Of a DNA stretch of 64,000 bases, positions 1 through 11,597 are shown one piece after another; position 1 is the first letter of the stretch; each line of letters starts with the position of its first letter. The notes beneath the pieces are model-generated. The model was not told the DNA's origin. It was given only the letters and a program-made list of their open reading frames with translations, and searched no databases. The position numbers were made by a program, and so were the translations under genes. The DNA is taken from contig NC_068983.1 in assembly GCF_001194135.2 (NCBI RefSeq), positions 57,301,526 to 57,365,525 on the forward strand, in the 5' to 3' direction. The DNA comes from Octopus bimaculoides (Eukaryota).

Positions 1-65
<65 letters not shown>

Positions 66-533
66 TTCATATATATATATGCATACAAAAATAACTCACA
101 CCTGCACCATTTCTCCCACACATACACACACACATATATTTCAAAAATATTGTTGAAAACTTCATTTATCTAGTAACGCTTTATAGGATTTTTTTGTTTG
201 TTTTTGAATTAGTATTCTTCAAAATTGCTTGTTTTTCTTTTTGTATGTGTTTATGTGCAAGACGGTGAGAAAGGAGAGGAAAGTAAGAGTTACATGTATA
301 TATAAATACATATACATATGTGTGTGTGTATGTATGTGAGTGCGTTTGCGTGTAGTTTTCCTCATTTTTTCTCTGGTTACATATTTGTGTGTATTTTTCC
401 AAGAGTAAAATTTTCTTCAGCCAATTATTTTTGTACATCAACACTTTTTAAGAAACATTTTAATCATTTTTGCAAAACTAATTTATTGAAATGTCCGAGC
501 AAAAATTTAACACTTCATTTCTGTTGCTGGCAG

Positions 534-611
534 AGAAATGTCCTCTGTTTAGCATGGGAGGCTCGACCCTGAGTTTGCACTATACTAACATAGCCTTGAG
601 GTTCATCCAAG
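534..611 (+). CDS. candidate internal exon of an unidentified host gene (phase 1-1, KCPLFSMGGSTLSLHYTNIALRFIQ)
   Basis: Acceptor TTCATTTCTGTTGCTGGCAG| and donor CAAG|GTAAAC; 78 nt; only one frame is open; unique sequence. No homology recognised. Confidence 0.35.
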
Positions 612-645
612 GTAAACAAGCCACCACACTGCAGCAAGGACTCAA

Positions 646-807
646 CCTTATGGTGGCACAAGGACCGGGCCTTGTGCCACCACAAGGACCAGGCCTTGTG
701 GTGGCACAAGGACCAGGACTTGTGGTGGCACAAGGAGTGGGCCTTGTGGTGGCACAAGGACCGGGCCTTGTGGTGGCACAAGGACTGGGACTTGTGGTGG
801 CACAATG
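646..807. repeat. 24-bp minisatellite, 7 units of palindromic CCTTGTG-GTGG-CACAAGG plus 6-nt linker
   Basis: Units start at 646, 670, 694, 718, 742, 766 and 790; the unit at 670 has an inverted loop (CCAC); ACTGCAGC flanks the array at 628-635 and 808-815. Confidence 0.95.
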
Positions 808-839
808 ACTGCAGCTTCATGTATTTCAATATTGTAAGT

Positions 840-1000
840 GCAGGCATGGCTGTGTGGTAAGAAGTTTGCTTCCCAACCACATGGCACCAGGTTCAGTCCC
901 ACTGTGTGGCACCTTAGCCAAGCATCTTCTACAATAGCCTCAGGCCAACCAAAGCCTTGTGAGTAGATTTGGAAGACAGAAACTGCAAGAAGCCTGTTAT
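840..1000 (+). mobile_element. SINE S1 (tRNA-like head), 5' half
   Basis: GGCATGGCTGTGTGGTAAG...GGTTCAGTCCC A/B-box-like head; about 16 related copies in the window. Confidence 0.8.
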
Positions 1001-1002
1001 AT

Positions 1003-1340
1003 CATCATCATCATCATCATTTAACGTCCATTCTCCATACCTGGATAATTTGACCGGCGCTGATAAGCTGGCAGGCTGCACCAGACTCCAGTCTGATTTG
1101 GCATGATTTTCTATGGCTGAATGCCTTTCCTAACGCCAACCACTCCAAGAGTGTAATGGGTGCTTTTACATGCCAGTGGCACGGGTGCCATTTGCATGAC
1201 ACCAGTATCTGCCATGACTGTGATTTTGCTCAGTTTGATGGGTCTTCTTCTCAAGCATGGCATAATGCCAAAGGTTTTGGTCATTGCCTCCGTGAGGCCC
1301 AACACTCAAAAGAAACTCAGCCACTTTGCCTCCTTTAGAT
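1003..1340 (-). mobile_element. RTE-clade LINE 3' end (ORF2 C-terminus, 3'UTR, (ATG)n tail)
   Basis: Minus strand encodes LGLTEAMT, matching the RTE relic at 63.2 kb, followed by the family 3'UTR and (ATG)n tail. Confidence 0.75.
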
Positions 1341-1361
1341 GCAACACTCAAAAGGAACATA

Positions 1362-1463
1362 TATATTGGGTTGTCCTGGGCCAATCATATCTTTGTGAGT
1401 GGATTTGGTAGAAAGAAACTGAAAGAAGCCCGTCATATATATATATATGCACACACACACACA

Positions 1464-1499
<36 letters not shown>

Positions 1500-1700
1500 C
1501 TCCCACCACCACTTGACAACTGGTGCCATTGTGTTAACATTCCCATGACTTAGCAGTTTGGCTAAAAAGTCCAACAGAATAAGTACCAGGCTTAACAGAA
1601 ATAAGGAAAAAGTATCGAGGTTGATTAATTCACCTAAAGGGTTCTTCAAGGTGCTGCCCCAGCATGGCTGCAGTCTAATGACCGAAACAAGATAAAAGAT
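1362..1700 (+). mobile_element. SINE S1, 5'-truncated
   Basis: GTGAGTGGATTTGGTAGA...GAAACTGAAAGAAGCCC, internal (TA)/(CA)/(TG) tract, CCAGCATGGC 3' part. Confidence 0.75.
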
Positions 1701-1744
1701 GTGTGTCTGTCTGTGTGTGCTTGTGTGTGTGTGTGTGTATGCGT

Positions 1745-1975
1745 GTGTGTCTCCTTGTCGAGACATCATGTGATGATTGTAAACAAGCATTACCATCACA
1801 CAAGAAATGTTGTTTACAGTCTTCCAGGAAAAATGCCTGGCCATGGGGGAAATATAATCTTGCTTAGAAACAGGCGAGGGTCAGCAACGGGAAAGGCACC
1901 CAGCTGTAGAAAAGTTGCTTCAACAAATTTCATCTCACCCATGAAAGCATGAAAAAATGAGTGTGAAACGATAAC
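1745..1975 (+). mobile_element. RTE-3'UTR-like element, second subfamily
   Basis: GGAAAGGCACCCAGCTGTAGAAA...CCCATGAAAGCATGAAAA; related copies at about 2755-2980 (-), 19930-20195 (+), 28980-29110 (+) and 60370-60600 (-). Confidence 0.55.
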
Positions 1976-3010
1976 CACTCAACTGGTCTTCAGATCTTGG
2001 TGTGTTTAGTGAAAAGAGGTCTTGTTTTTAAGTAAAATAAAATGTCGGAAAATGAAGAAATAAAATTTAACTTGATTAATTTGTATATTCATTCAATTCA
2101 ACATTTGTGACATACGGCTCAAGATAGATTTAGCTTCTTTTCTCCATTTTTTTTTTGTCTTCCTCACAGGTCAAACGAACACGCTGTGTCTCTTTTGTAG
2201 ACTTATCAAAAATTTAAAAGGCGTATGAAGTGTTACAGAATTTTAATTTGCGTTTTTATTTTTATTTTTTCTTTCTCATTTTTTCTTTCCTTTCCATACT
2301 TCAATTTGACTGAAATTAGAATTGATAGCGATATGACATTGGAATTCAAACACGAATCGATATTTGAAAAATGTGAAAATGAATAATACGAAACATTTTA
2401 TTGATTTCAATTTGAATTTCAATTTCTAATATGTGAGGGCATCAGAACGTCATCGAAACTACGTTACCTTTATCAATAAAATGAAATAAAATAAAAATAA
2501 AACAAAATAAGATGTTGATATCAATTCTCCAAATGTTCAATATTTTCATTTTCTTTTTCCATAATTAATATTAAATCAGGACAGGACAGTGAATTAGAAT
2601 AATCATGCATCAGACAAAATACTTGACAATATTTCATTGCAACCCTTTATGTTCTTAGTTCAAAGCAGCCTGAGGTCAACTTTGCCCTTCATCTTTTCAA
2701 GGTCAATAAAATGAAGTGGCAGTCAAATACCGTGTTCAATATTATCGACTTTTTTCATCGATATCATTATCATCTTTTAACGTCCAATTTTCCATGTTTG
2801 CATGGGGTGGACTGCCTTTATTGAGACAGTTTTTCCATGGCCTTCCTGTCACCAACTCTCATTTGTTTGCAAGTGAGTTAATATTTAGCCATGACCAGAC
2901 TTGCTTTCACAGAAGTGTAAGACAGAATCACTCATTTGATGTACAGTAATGTATTGCCAAGACAAGGAAACACACACACACAGAGGCTTGTTTCAGTTTC
3001 TGCCTACCAA

Positions 3011-3654
3011 ATCCTGTGAACATTCACCGATGATTACAAAATGTCTTTGAGGACAATACTTTAGATTATAGCAACGTATGCAGGTGTGTTTGTCGTTTGA
3101 AAGATGAAAAGGTAGGGATTGTCAGTGAAGCCAATAAACCCCGTTCTGGCCGTCCGTCCCCTTCTGTGGATCCTGCCAATAAAGCAAAAGCAGATGCTCT
3201 GATCAGAGAAGACCGGTGCATAACTCTTGATGAGTTGGCAGAAAACCTTGAAGTGAGCCACGGAAGTGTTTACAACCTTGTTGAATCATTTGGCTTTTCA
3301 AAAGTGTGTGCCCGTTGGGTACCAAGAGAGCTGACTACCGAACGTGAGACTGACAGAGTCAATGCCTGCACTGAACTTCTCAAACAAAGAGGGTTTGAGA
3401 GGCAAACATTATTCCAGTGATGAGGAAGTGAAAACTGTAGTGAAGAAGCGGCTCAAAAAACAGTCAACAGAATTTTACAGGGCAGGGATACATGCTCTCA
3501 TTTGAAAGTGGAACATTGTTATTGAGAGAAACGGTGACTATGTTGAGAAGTAGGGATGTGATCCACAGAAGACCAGCTTCATGATACATGTTCCTTTGTT
3601 GGTAATTATGCCTGTCCTAAACAAAATGGCATTACTTTTTGACTCACCCTCGTA
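3011..3654 (+). mobile_element. mariner transposon relic (irritans-like), internally deleted, right TIR present
   Basis: KPRSGRPS...IREDRCITLDELAENLEVSHGSVYNL...FSKVCARWVPRELT (HTH plus WVPREL), then jumps to the C-terminal DEEVKTVV...NGDYVEK*; ends GACTCACCCTCG-TA. Catalytic core is absent. Confidence 0.9.
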
Positions 3655-3869
3655 CTTTCTGTCTACCAAATTCCAATTCTAAATCTTAGTTGAATCCTAG
3701 GCTAAAGCAAAAAAAGAGACACTTGCTCAAGATAGCAAGTGGTGCAATTAAACTTGGAAGAACATGATTATGAAGCAAATTTCTTAATTATTCATCCAGA
3801 CAGTCACAGTATCATAAATAAAGCTACATTGTTGCATCTCCATTGGAAGACATCTTCAAAATCTTTGTT

Positions 3870-4075
3870 CTTGAGATGAATGATGCATGTCTTGACTGAT
3901 AAGTCTAGACAATGTGTAGATGACAAAAGTGTAAGAAAATTCTTGAAAAATGAAAGATGATACCACTTGTGTATATCTGTGTGGTTAGAAGATGCTGTGA
4001 AAAGCTCGTTTATGTAAATTAGGAAGAGGGTGGAGGACATAATTATTAAATCACACCAGAGTTGATGCAATGTAA
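3870..4075 (-). pseudogene. degenerate LINE reverse-transcriptase fragment (CR1/L2-like)
   Basis: INSGV...STLFLIYINEL resembles the GVPQGS...PxLFLIYINDL RT motif; heavily decayed. Confidence 0.4.
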
Positions 4076-4377
4076 TTCACAGATAAACTAGAATAGAATA
4101 GTGTTTAATTTTTGTATTTGGTTTTGTAAGATTCTTGATGTGAATTTGTGTTGAAACATATCTTGTATTTTGGGAAGATCATTATGCCAATAATACACAC
4201 ACTGATTCTGTTACACTTCTTTTATTAGTCAATTGGTTAAATGGTTAGCCAATAAACTAAAAGAAACTGAATAGAACCAGTGTGTGTGGCTATTATTGTG
4301 TATTAACCCACCCAAGATAAAGAAAAAGTAGAAAAGCATGTTTAAACAGAGAATCGTTAAGTCTTTAGCCAAATAGG

Positions 4378-4760
4378 TGGAGGCATGGCTGTGTGGTAAG
4401 AAGTTTGCTTTCCAGCCACATGGTTTGGTTCAGTCCCACTGCATGGCACCTTGGGCAAGTGTTTTTTTACTATATCTTTGGGCCAACCAAAGCTTTGTGA
4501 GTGGATGTGGGAGAAAGAAACTGAAAGAAGCCTGTTGTATATGTGTGTGTGTCAGTGTTTGTCCCCCACCACTGCTTGACAACCAGGGTTGGTTTGTTTG
4601 GGTCTTAGTAACTTAGTGGTTCAGCAAAAGAGAACAATGGAAGACATTCCAGACTTAAAACAAAACAAATGTACTGGAATCAATTTGGTTGACTAAAAAT
4701 TTCTTCAAGGCAGTGCCCCAGCATGGCCTCAGTTCAATAGCTGAAGCAAGTAAAAGATAA
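4378..4760 (+). mobile_element. SINE S1, near full length
   Basis: Head, middle microsatellite and 3' CCCCAGCATGGC block match the other S1 copies. Confidence 0.8.
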
Positions 4761-5016
4761 TAAAGGACAAGTAACATCAGTGAAAATCAGTATTAGAAGT
4801 TTCTCAATAGATTTGGGATCAAACATTGCTTTTGGGGTCAACAACATGGCTTCTGATAGGGATATCAAAGTTAGAATTAGGAATTATGATTTAAACACCT
4901 TGAGAGACTTTAAGGGGCAAAATTATATTCCTCACACCATTATTGCAAAGAATTTGGATAACTAGAACTCCCAGATATCTCTCATTAAGTATACCGACAG
5001 TTTGAAAAAGGAAGCA

Positions 5017-5240
5017 ATCATCATCATCATTCAACATCCGTTTTCCATGCTGGCATGGGTTGGACGTTTCGACTGGGGTCTGGGAAGCCAGGAGGCTGCA
5101 CCAGGCTTCAATCTGATCTGGCAGTGTTTCTACAGCTGGATGCCCTTCCTAATGCCAACCACTCTGAGAGTGTAGTGGGTGCTTTTATGTGCCACTGGTA
5201 CGAGGGCCAGTCAGGCAGTTCTGGCAACGACCACACAGTG
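5017..5240 (-). mobile_element. RTE LINE 3'UTR fragment
   Basis: (CAT)n followed by TTCCATGCTGGCATGGGTTGGAC...CAGCTGGATGCCCTTCCTAATGCCAACC. Confidence 0.8.
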
Positions 5241-5329
5241 CCTAGTATTTTGTTTCACAAAACAATTATATTCTAACCAAATTAGTCTGACTTAAACCAT
5301 ATTCACCAAATGGTAAAAGTAAAGGTTAA

Positions 5330-5515
5330 GTTACCTGCTTGAGTCAGGCCAACTCACAAGGGTTGGTTTCCATGGCGTATATATTTCCCACCTGGATGGG
5401 ATGTCAATCCATCACAGGGTTACTCCTTTTTGCCAGGTGAGTGGACTAGAGCAACGTGAAATGAAGAGTTTTGCTCAAGAACACAATGCATCGCTCGGTC
5501 CAGGAATTGAAACTA
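5330..5515 (-). mobile_element. SINE S3 fragment
   Basis: GTGGACTAGAGCAACGTGAAATGAAG...TTGCTCAAGAACACAA, shared with 27.7, 29.7 and 47.5 kb copies. Confidence 0.55.
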
Positions 5516-5567
5516 CATGGCACCGGCACAGGTGCTGTATATGTGGCACCAGCACCACTGTTCTTAA

Positions 5568-5830
5568 AGTTCTATATTTAAGAGATGAGGAATTATGTAC
5601 ATTATTTATATTTGACGGATATTTGTCCTCATTTTGTTTGTTGTTAACACAACATTTCGGCTGATATACCCTCCAGCCTTCTTCAGGTATCTTGGGGAAA
5701 TTTTGAACCTGGGTTCTCATTGCTAAGGTATTTTCCGATGTTATCATTTTTATTATTTTTTTTCAGGTCACTGTCTGAAATTGAACTCGGAATCTTGAGG
5801 TTAGTAGCCTGCGCTCTTAACCACTATGCC
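5568..5830 (-). mobile_element. tRNA-headed SINE with hammerhead-containing tail (HHR family 1), left arm
   Basis: Minus strand: TGGCATAGTGG A-box, GTTCAATTTC B-box-like, A/AAT-rich linker, then CTGAAGA-A-GGCTG...CAGCC-GAAA-TGTT. Confidence 0.8.
5646..5691 (-). ncRNA. minimal type I hammerhead ribozyme motif (family 1)
   Basis: GAUAC / CUGAAGA / A / GGCUG-loop-CAGCC / GAAA / UGUU / GUGUU; core and stems I and II form; helix III is minimal. Activity untested. Confidence 0.7.
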
Positions 5831-5839
5831 ATATGCTCA

Positions 5840-5902
5840 GGCATAGTGGTTAAGAGCACGGGCTACTAACCCCAAGATTCTGAGTTCGATTCTAGGCTAT
5901 GA

Positions 5903-5940
<38 letters not shown>

Positions 5941-6094
5941 TTAATAATAACACCAAAAAATACCTTAGAAATGAGAACCCAGGTTCGAAATTTCCCCAAG
6001 ATACCTGAAGAAGGCTGGAGGGTATATCAGCTGAAACATTGTGTTAACAACAAACAAGATGAGGACAAATATATATCAAATGTAAATAATGTAC
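5840..6094 (+). mobile_element. tRNA-headed SINE with hammerhead-containing tail (HHR family 1), right arm
   Basis: GGCATAGTGGTTAAG...GAGTTCGATTC head, (AAT)n, HHR tail; reverse complement of 5598-5830. Confidence 0.8.
6000..6045 (+). ncRNA. minimal type I hammerhead ribozyme motif (family 1)
   Basis: Stem I 6000-6004/6041-6045, CUGAAGA 6005-6011, stem II 6013-6017/6028-6032, GAAA 6033-6036, CAUU 6037-6040. Confidence 0.7.
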
Positions 6095-6939
6095 TAAACA
6101 GTTAAGTAATAAAGTGTGATGATCATGGATATTGCACAAGAAGCCAGCCATTGACACTCTGGCTGTTTATCATTGAATCTACCTATTTTGTCAGTTAAAG
6201 TAATTTGGAAGTGAGGAGGAATAGAAGAATATATGAAATAATAATTGAACTGTAACAAGAATAGAAATATGTGAATAGTTTAAGAATGGAAATATTATAA
6301 ATTTCACAGTGAAACCAGAGGAGTTATAACTTTTCAGCAAAAGCCAAATTGATGTTGATTCGCTGATGAATATTAATGAGAGATTGTGGAGAAGAACCAC
6401 AAGACAATGGAAGCTACAGCGTACGAGTTGTATCTACAGCTTGTATGTACAGCAATGAATCTTCTGGCCGACTGTTGTGGTTTTTGCTTATGAAGTTAAT
6501 TCCTCGACGTACGATTTACAACTGGATGAGATTTGGTGAAGAGATAACTTAATGAAAATGTGTGACAGCAGACGGGTCTTGTAGTAGTGATACATGTTGG
6601 TGGAGGGTGGTGACGTGAGGGGTTGCCATATTCGGTCGTATGGATGATGTCGTGATTATTACTTGGCCGTTTATGATTCCAAAAATTAGCATTTATCGTG
6701 ATGCATCGTCATCATTAGCATCGTCACCATCATTGTCTTCAGCATCGTCTTAATCATCGTTAACATCGCCATGGCTTAATGAATTATGATACAAACTGTA
6801 AAACTGGCACTTTGTCAGTTACGACGATGTGGGTTCCAATTGATCCAATCAACATAACGGCTTTCTCTTTAAATTAATCTGAGACTAGCAAACTGTCCCT
6901 AAGACTCCTAGGACTTGAAACAATAATGTTCAGGGCTGG

Positions 6940-7150
6940 ATGAGGATTATGATGATGATGGTGGTGGTGATGATGATGATGATATGATGCTGATGGTGGT
7001 GATGGTAGTAATGGTGGTGATTGTGGTGGTGGTGAAGATGATGATGATGTAGTGGTGGTGAAGATGATGATGATGTGGTGGTGATGAAGATGATGATGAT
7101 GATGGTGGTGATGGTAGTGATGATGATATTGATTATGATGACCATGATGA
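6940..7150. repeat. (GAT/GGT)n trinucleotide microsatellite
   Basis: Direct reading. Confidence 0.95.
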
Positions 7151-7565
7151 TTTACCCCAGTATGCAACTGGTACTTATTTTATCAACTCCGAACGGATGA
7201 ATGGCAAAGTCAACTCTGGCGGCATTTGAACTCACAACGTGAAGACAGACACTTGGTGTACCCATATCAGCAGAATTTGAACTCAGAACTTAAAGACAGA
7301 TGAAATACCGCTAAGCATTTCACTCAGAATGCTAATGTTTCTTACTTCTTTATTGCCCACAAGGGGCTAAACCTAGAGGGGACAAACAAAGGGATTAAGT
7401 CGATCACATCGACCCCAGTACATAACTGGTACTTAATTTATCGACTCCGAAAGGATGAAAGGCAAAGTCGATCTCGGCGGAATTTGAACTGAGAACTTCA
7501 AGCCAGATGAATTACCACTAAGTATTTCACTCGGCATGTTAACGTTTTTGCCAGCTTGCCATTTT
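7150..7565 (-). mobile_element. cluster of SINE S2 copies; the 7340-7565 copy has the type B tail
   Basis: GAATTTGAACTCAGAAC...GGCAAAGTCGA blocks; tail TTTATTGCCCACAAGGGGCTAAAC. Confidence 0.8.
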
Positions 7566-8214
7566 AAAATAATGAGTCACAAAAATCTTAAACTGCATAT
7601 AGTAGAGATTTTGAAGCAGAATCCGCCATTAATCTATGTAGAATTCCTTATGTTGCAAATTTTGGTGAAACAAACCAGAAAACACCTAATTAGCGAAAGA
7701 AATGAGAGATTTAAACATAATGAATGAGAATGCAAGTCATAGGTTAGTAAGATCATAAACAGAGTTTAAAACAAAACAGAGGATGAAGGTTATCTGGGTT
7801 CCTTACCAATTTTCTTTGATGCAATTGGCATTTATCAGCACAAAAGTATTAAACCTATTTGAGAGAGCTAAGAAAACTAAGTAATTTGTGTTAGTACTTG
7901 GTTTGCAAGATTATTGATGGGAAATTATGTGTTGAAACAGATTTTGTTGTATCTTGGGAGGGTCATTATACCAATAACGAACACACACACTGGTTCCATT
8001 TCACTTTATTATCATTATTATTATCATTATTATTATTATTATTATCAGTATTATTATCCAACTGGTTAAACATTCAACCATTAAACCAAAATGAGTAGAA
8101 AGGCCACGTCATTGATGAGGTTATGAATGACATTGAAAGAACTCTGATTGATTGACAGAAAAATTGTTAATGAAAAATATGATTACTTGATTGGTTAGAA
8201 GGTTAACAAGTTGA

Positions 8215-8241
8215 CTAATGATAATAATAACAATAATAATG

Positions 8242-8309
<68 letters not shown>

Positions 8310-8310
8310 C
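8215..8310. repeat. (AAT)n microsatellite
   Basis: Direct reading. Confidence 0.95.
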
Positions 8311-8991
8311 ATGGCTTCTGATCTTAATTGATTGGAAGTGTTATCATGTACATTGTTTTGTCTTGGTATAAAAGATGGACTACGCAAATATTCTGCGCAA
8401 TACCACAGATTTGCTTGTCAGTTGTTTGACCTTAACCAGCTGAGCATGTCCCTTGGTGCCTGGCAATATGCACATCTCTGATCATGAACAGAAGTAGTGG
8501 GGGAGCATTATAGCCATTTGTTGAGAAGAATTATTTGGGGTTTGGATAATCCACCTCTGGAAATATGGGTGTTTTGTCCAACATCCTTAAAAAAACCCTA
8601 TTCAAGGACTTTTGGTGCAGGATGGGCTACTCGATCTGAAGAAAATTCTAACAGGGCCCCACCTGGAAGGTAATGCGCTGTTTATCTTGATATGAGACCA
8701 CCATGTTGCGCACATATGGTTGTGATGCATGTGCCCGGTGTATCCTTATCAGACGGGTAGTCATGATGGGTATATTGGGCTTCATATATTTTACCTCAGT
8801 GTCACTTTGATGGCATGCATTGCTCTCTCACTCAATAATAATAATAATAGTAAAAGGAAGTGAAATGAGACCATTAGAATAACATCAAAAAGGACCGGTG
8901 TTGATTTGTTAACCTAAAACTCTTCATAGCAGTGCCCCAGCATGGTCACAGACCAATGACTGGAACAGGTAAAAGAAAACAGTTATTTTTT

Positions 8992-9285
8992 TAAGCCTGG
9001 TACTTATTCTGTCAGTCTCTTTTGCTGAACTGCTAAGTTATAAGCCCATAAACATACCAACACTGGTTGTCAAGCGATGGTGGGGGAGAAATGCAGGCAC
9101 AAACACACACACACACATGTTTATATACAATGGTCTTTTTAATTTCCATCTACCAAAACCAATCACGAAGCCTTTAATCGGCCTGAGGCTATAGTAAAAG
9201 TCACTCGCCCAAGGTATTATGCAGTGGGACTGAACCCTGAACCATGTGGTTGGGAAGCAAGCTTCTTACCACACAGCCCCACCTG
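8992..9285 (-). mobile_element. SINE S1
   Basis: Reverse complement of the S1 head and body. Confidence 0.8.
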
Positions 9286-9729
9286 TCTCTTATTGTATAC
9301 ATCTTAATAACATAATCCTAATCTAGGAAACTCTAGTAACCCACTTAGATGTTCTGTTAAAAGCCAATGGCTATCAAATATATTTGTGGATAATTAATAA
9401 TTACAACCATAGTCCCTGATCTTTCGTTATAAGATCCGTGGTTAATATTGTTTATGACTTGTCACACAAGTCAACAATATTTGATAAAGTCAGCTTTAGA
9501 TGTACATGAAACTACATTTAGTGATATCTGTTCTAAACCCTGGCAGTGAATGAGATAACATATGTTGGTTATATCTGGTTTGATTCACGACATTATTAGG
9601 ATTAATTATAATAATGCATGCTTATCTTATCTATGTGTTTGGAAATTTTAAATACAAGCCAATAGATAGTTTTGCTGAATGAATTTGCATCTGTCAGTAG
9701 AGCTTTGTTAAGACTATTCTATTATATCT

Positions 9730-10010
9730 ATCATTATCATCGTCAACATTTAACCTCTGTTTTCCATGCTGTCATGGGTTGGATCACTTGACAGGAACTA
9801 GCAAGGCTGGCCAGCGGCTTCACCAAGTTCTATTTATCTGTTTTGGCTTGGCTTTTACAGCTGGATGTCCTTCCTAAGGCCAACTACTTTACAGAGTCTA
9901 CTGGGGGATTTTTACATGGCATTATCACCAGTGCTTTCCACGGAGCACCAGGAATAATGCTTTTTTATGTGGCACCAGTACACTCACCAATGCTTTTTTT
10001 ACATGGCACC
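9730..10010 (-). mobile_element. RTE LINE 3'UTR fragment, diverged
   Basis: CAGCTGGATGTCCTTCCTAAGGCCAAC block plus degenerate 65-bp units. Confidence 0.65.
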
Positions 10011-10484
10011 TTGGCTTTAGGATATAAAAAAAATTATTCCAAGAAAGAGAAAGCACCCAGTTTGCTGCATCAGAAATGAGGTAAATAAGGTTCAGGAGAT
10101 GAAAGTTTGCTAAGTTAACCCTTTTGATACCAACCCACCTGAAACCACCTCCGGTTCTGTAGTACAAACGTCTTGTTTTCAAAAGTTCTTCCACCAAACC
10201 TTAATCACAATTTATGTGACTAACGATAACTAAGTTAGAAAATTACAAATTTTAAAATCCAACAACGTGAGATATTCAGCAACAGTACTTTGGAGTAAAG
10301 ATTATTTGCTAACATAACATGGCAGTCCTGGTTTAGGACGAATGTTGCAGTAATTTAGCCCCAGGAAACATCGTCTCCAGCTGGCCATACGACATGATCT
10401 GTGTCCTTATATTTTCAAACAAGGGAATCTAGCAACCCCACTCAGCTTAAAACAATATCTGTGCATTGTTTTGACCTGAGTGGG

Positions 10485-10780
10485 TCTCTTCTACTTTTCG
10501 GCAAGTCTCTTCTATTATAGCCTTGAGCCGACCAAAGCCTTGCTAGACAGAAACTGAAGGAAGCCCATCGTATATATATGTGTGTGTTTGTGCCATGTCC
10601 CCCCACCATCGCTTAACCGATGCTGGTGCGTTTACGACCCTGTAACTTAGCAGTTCAGCAAAATGAACCAATGGAATGAGTACTAGACTTAGAAACAATA
10701 AGTCCTGGGGTTGATTTGTTTGACGAAAGGTGGTGCTCCAGCATGGCTGCAGTCAAATGACTGAAATAAATAATAGAGTA
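10485..10780 (+). mobile_element. SINE S1, 5'-truncated
   Basis: GAAACTGAAGGAAGCCCATCG...GGTGGTGCTCCAGCATGGCTGCAGTCAAATGACTGAAA. Confidence 0.8.
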
Positions 10781-11319
10781 AAAGCTGTTGTTATAAAAGT
10801 GAACATTTAAAGAAAGTATAAGATGTTTAGGCATGACCCCTCATCCTTGAAACAGCAATATCTGATTAAATATGCTTAAATGAAAAGTAGCAACTATCAG
10901 CTGTTAGCATTAAGAAGCATACAACCCAGAAGGAACTACCTGTTACTACTGCAAACTTGGTAAGGATTTCAACAACTCTCCAGCTTTTGTTAACAGTGAA
11001 AGAAATTAAAAAACGTAGATGTAAATGTATTTACATTAGATAAGAGTTGCTGTTAAGAGCAGGAATTTTAAAATATTTTCTGTGAGCAATAATGATGCAC
11101 GAATAGAATGCAAATTAAAAAGCTGTAAATGTGAAGGATTTCGTACAAGCCTCGCAGTTATAGTTAACCTTCAATGAAGAAGTGTCGAAGATGACAAGCA
11201 TGTTAAGAATACTAGCTGAGGTACCTGGTAATAAATTACCATTAATAACATGTCTGTTGATAGCCATGAAATATTTTTTGTCAAATTTTGGCATTTTTCA
11301 AAATATTAAAATCTTGCCA

Positions 11320-11597
11320 GTGCCACTGGACTGGCTCCCATGCAGGTGGCACGTAAAAAACACCTTTTTGAGCATGGCCGTTGCCAGTACCGCCGGACTG
11401 GCCCTCGTGCCGGTGGCACATAAAAGCACCCACTACACTCTTGGAGTAGTTGGCATTAGGAAAGGCATCCAACTGTAGAAACTCAGCCAGATCAGATTGG
11501 AGCCTGGTGCAGCCATCTGGTTCAGCAGTCCTCAGTCAAATCGTCTAACCCATGCTAGCATGGAAAGCGGACGTTAAACGATGATGATGATGATGAT
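11320..11597 (+). mobile_element. RTE LINE 3'UTR with (ATG)n tail
   Basis: GTTGGCATTAGGAAAGGCATCCAACTGTAGAAAC...GGACGTTAAACGATGATGATG. Confidence 0.8.

Noticed and set aside
646-807. CRISPR-like array
   Set aside because: Linkers are only 6 nt and near-identical, there are no cas genes, and the context is eukaryotic.
2425-2470. Hammerhead at GAAACTACGTT
   Set aside because: No CUGANGA core and no pairable stem II upstream.
5840-5910. tRNA gene (also at S1-S4 heads)
   Set aside because: A/B boxes are present, but no complete cloverleaf could be formed and each runs into SINE body sequence.
6340-6560. Exon or short ORF (MRDCGEEPQDNG... or KSQIDVDS...)
   Set aside because: Several alternative frames with weak acceptors; none could be preferred.
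10915-11230. Exon candidates (AYNPEGTTCYYCKL; IRVAVKSRNF...)
   Set aside because: Weak acceptor and incompatible phases between the two pieces.
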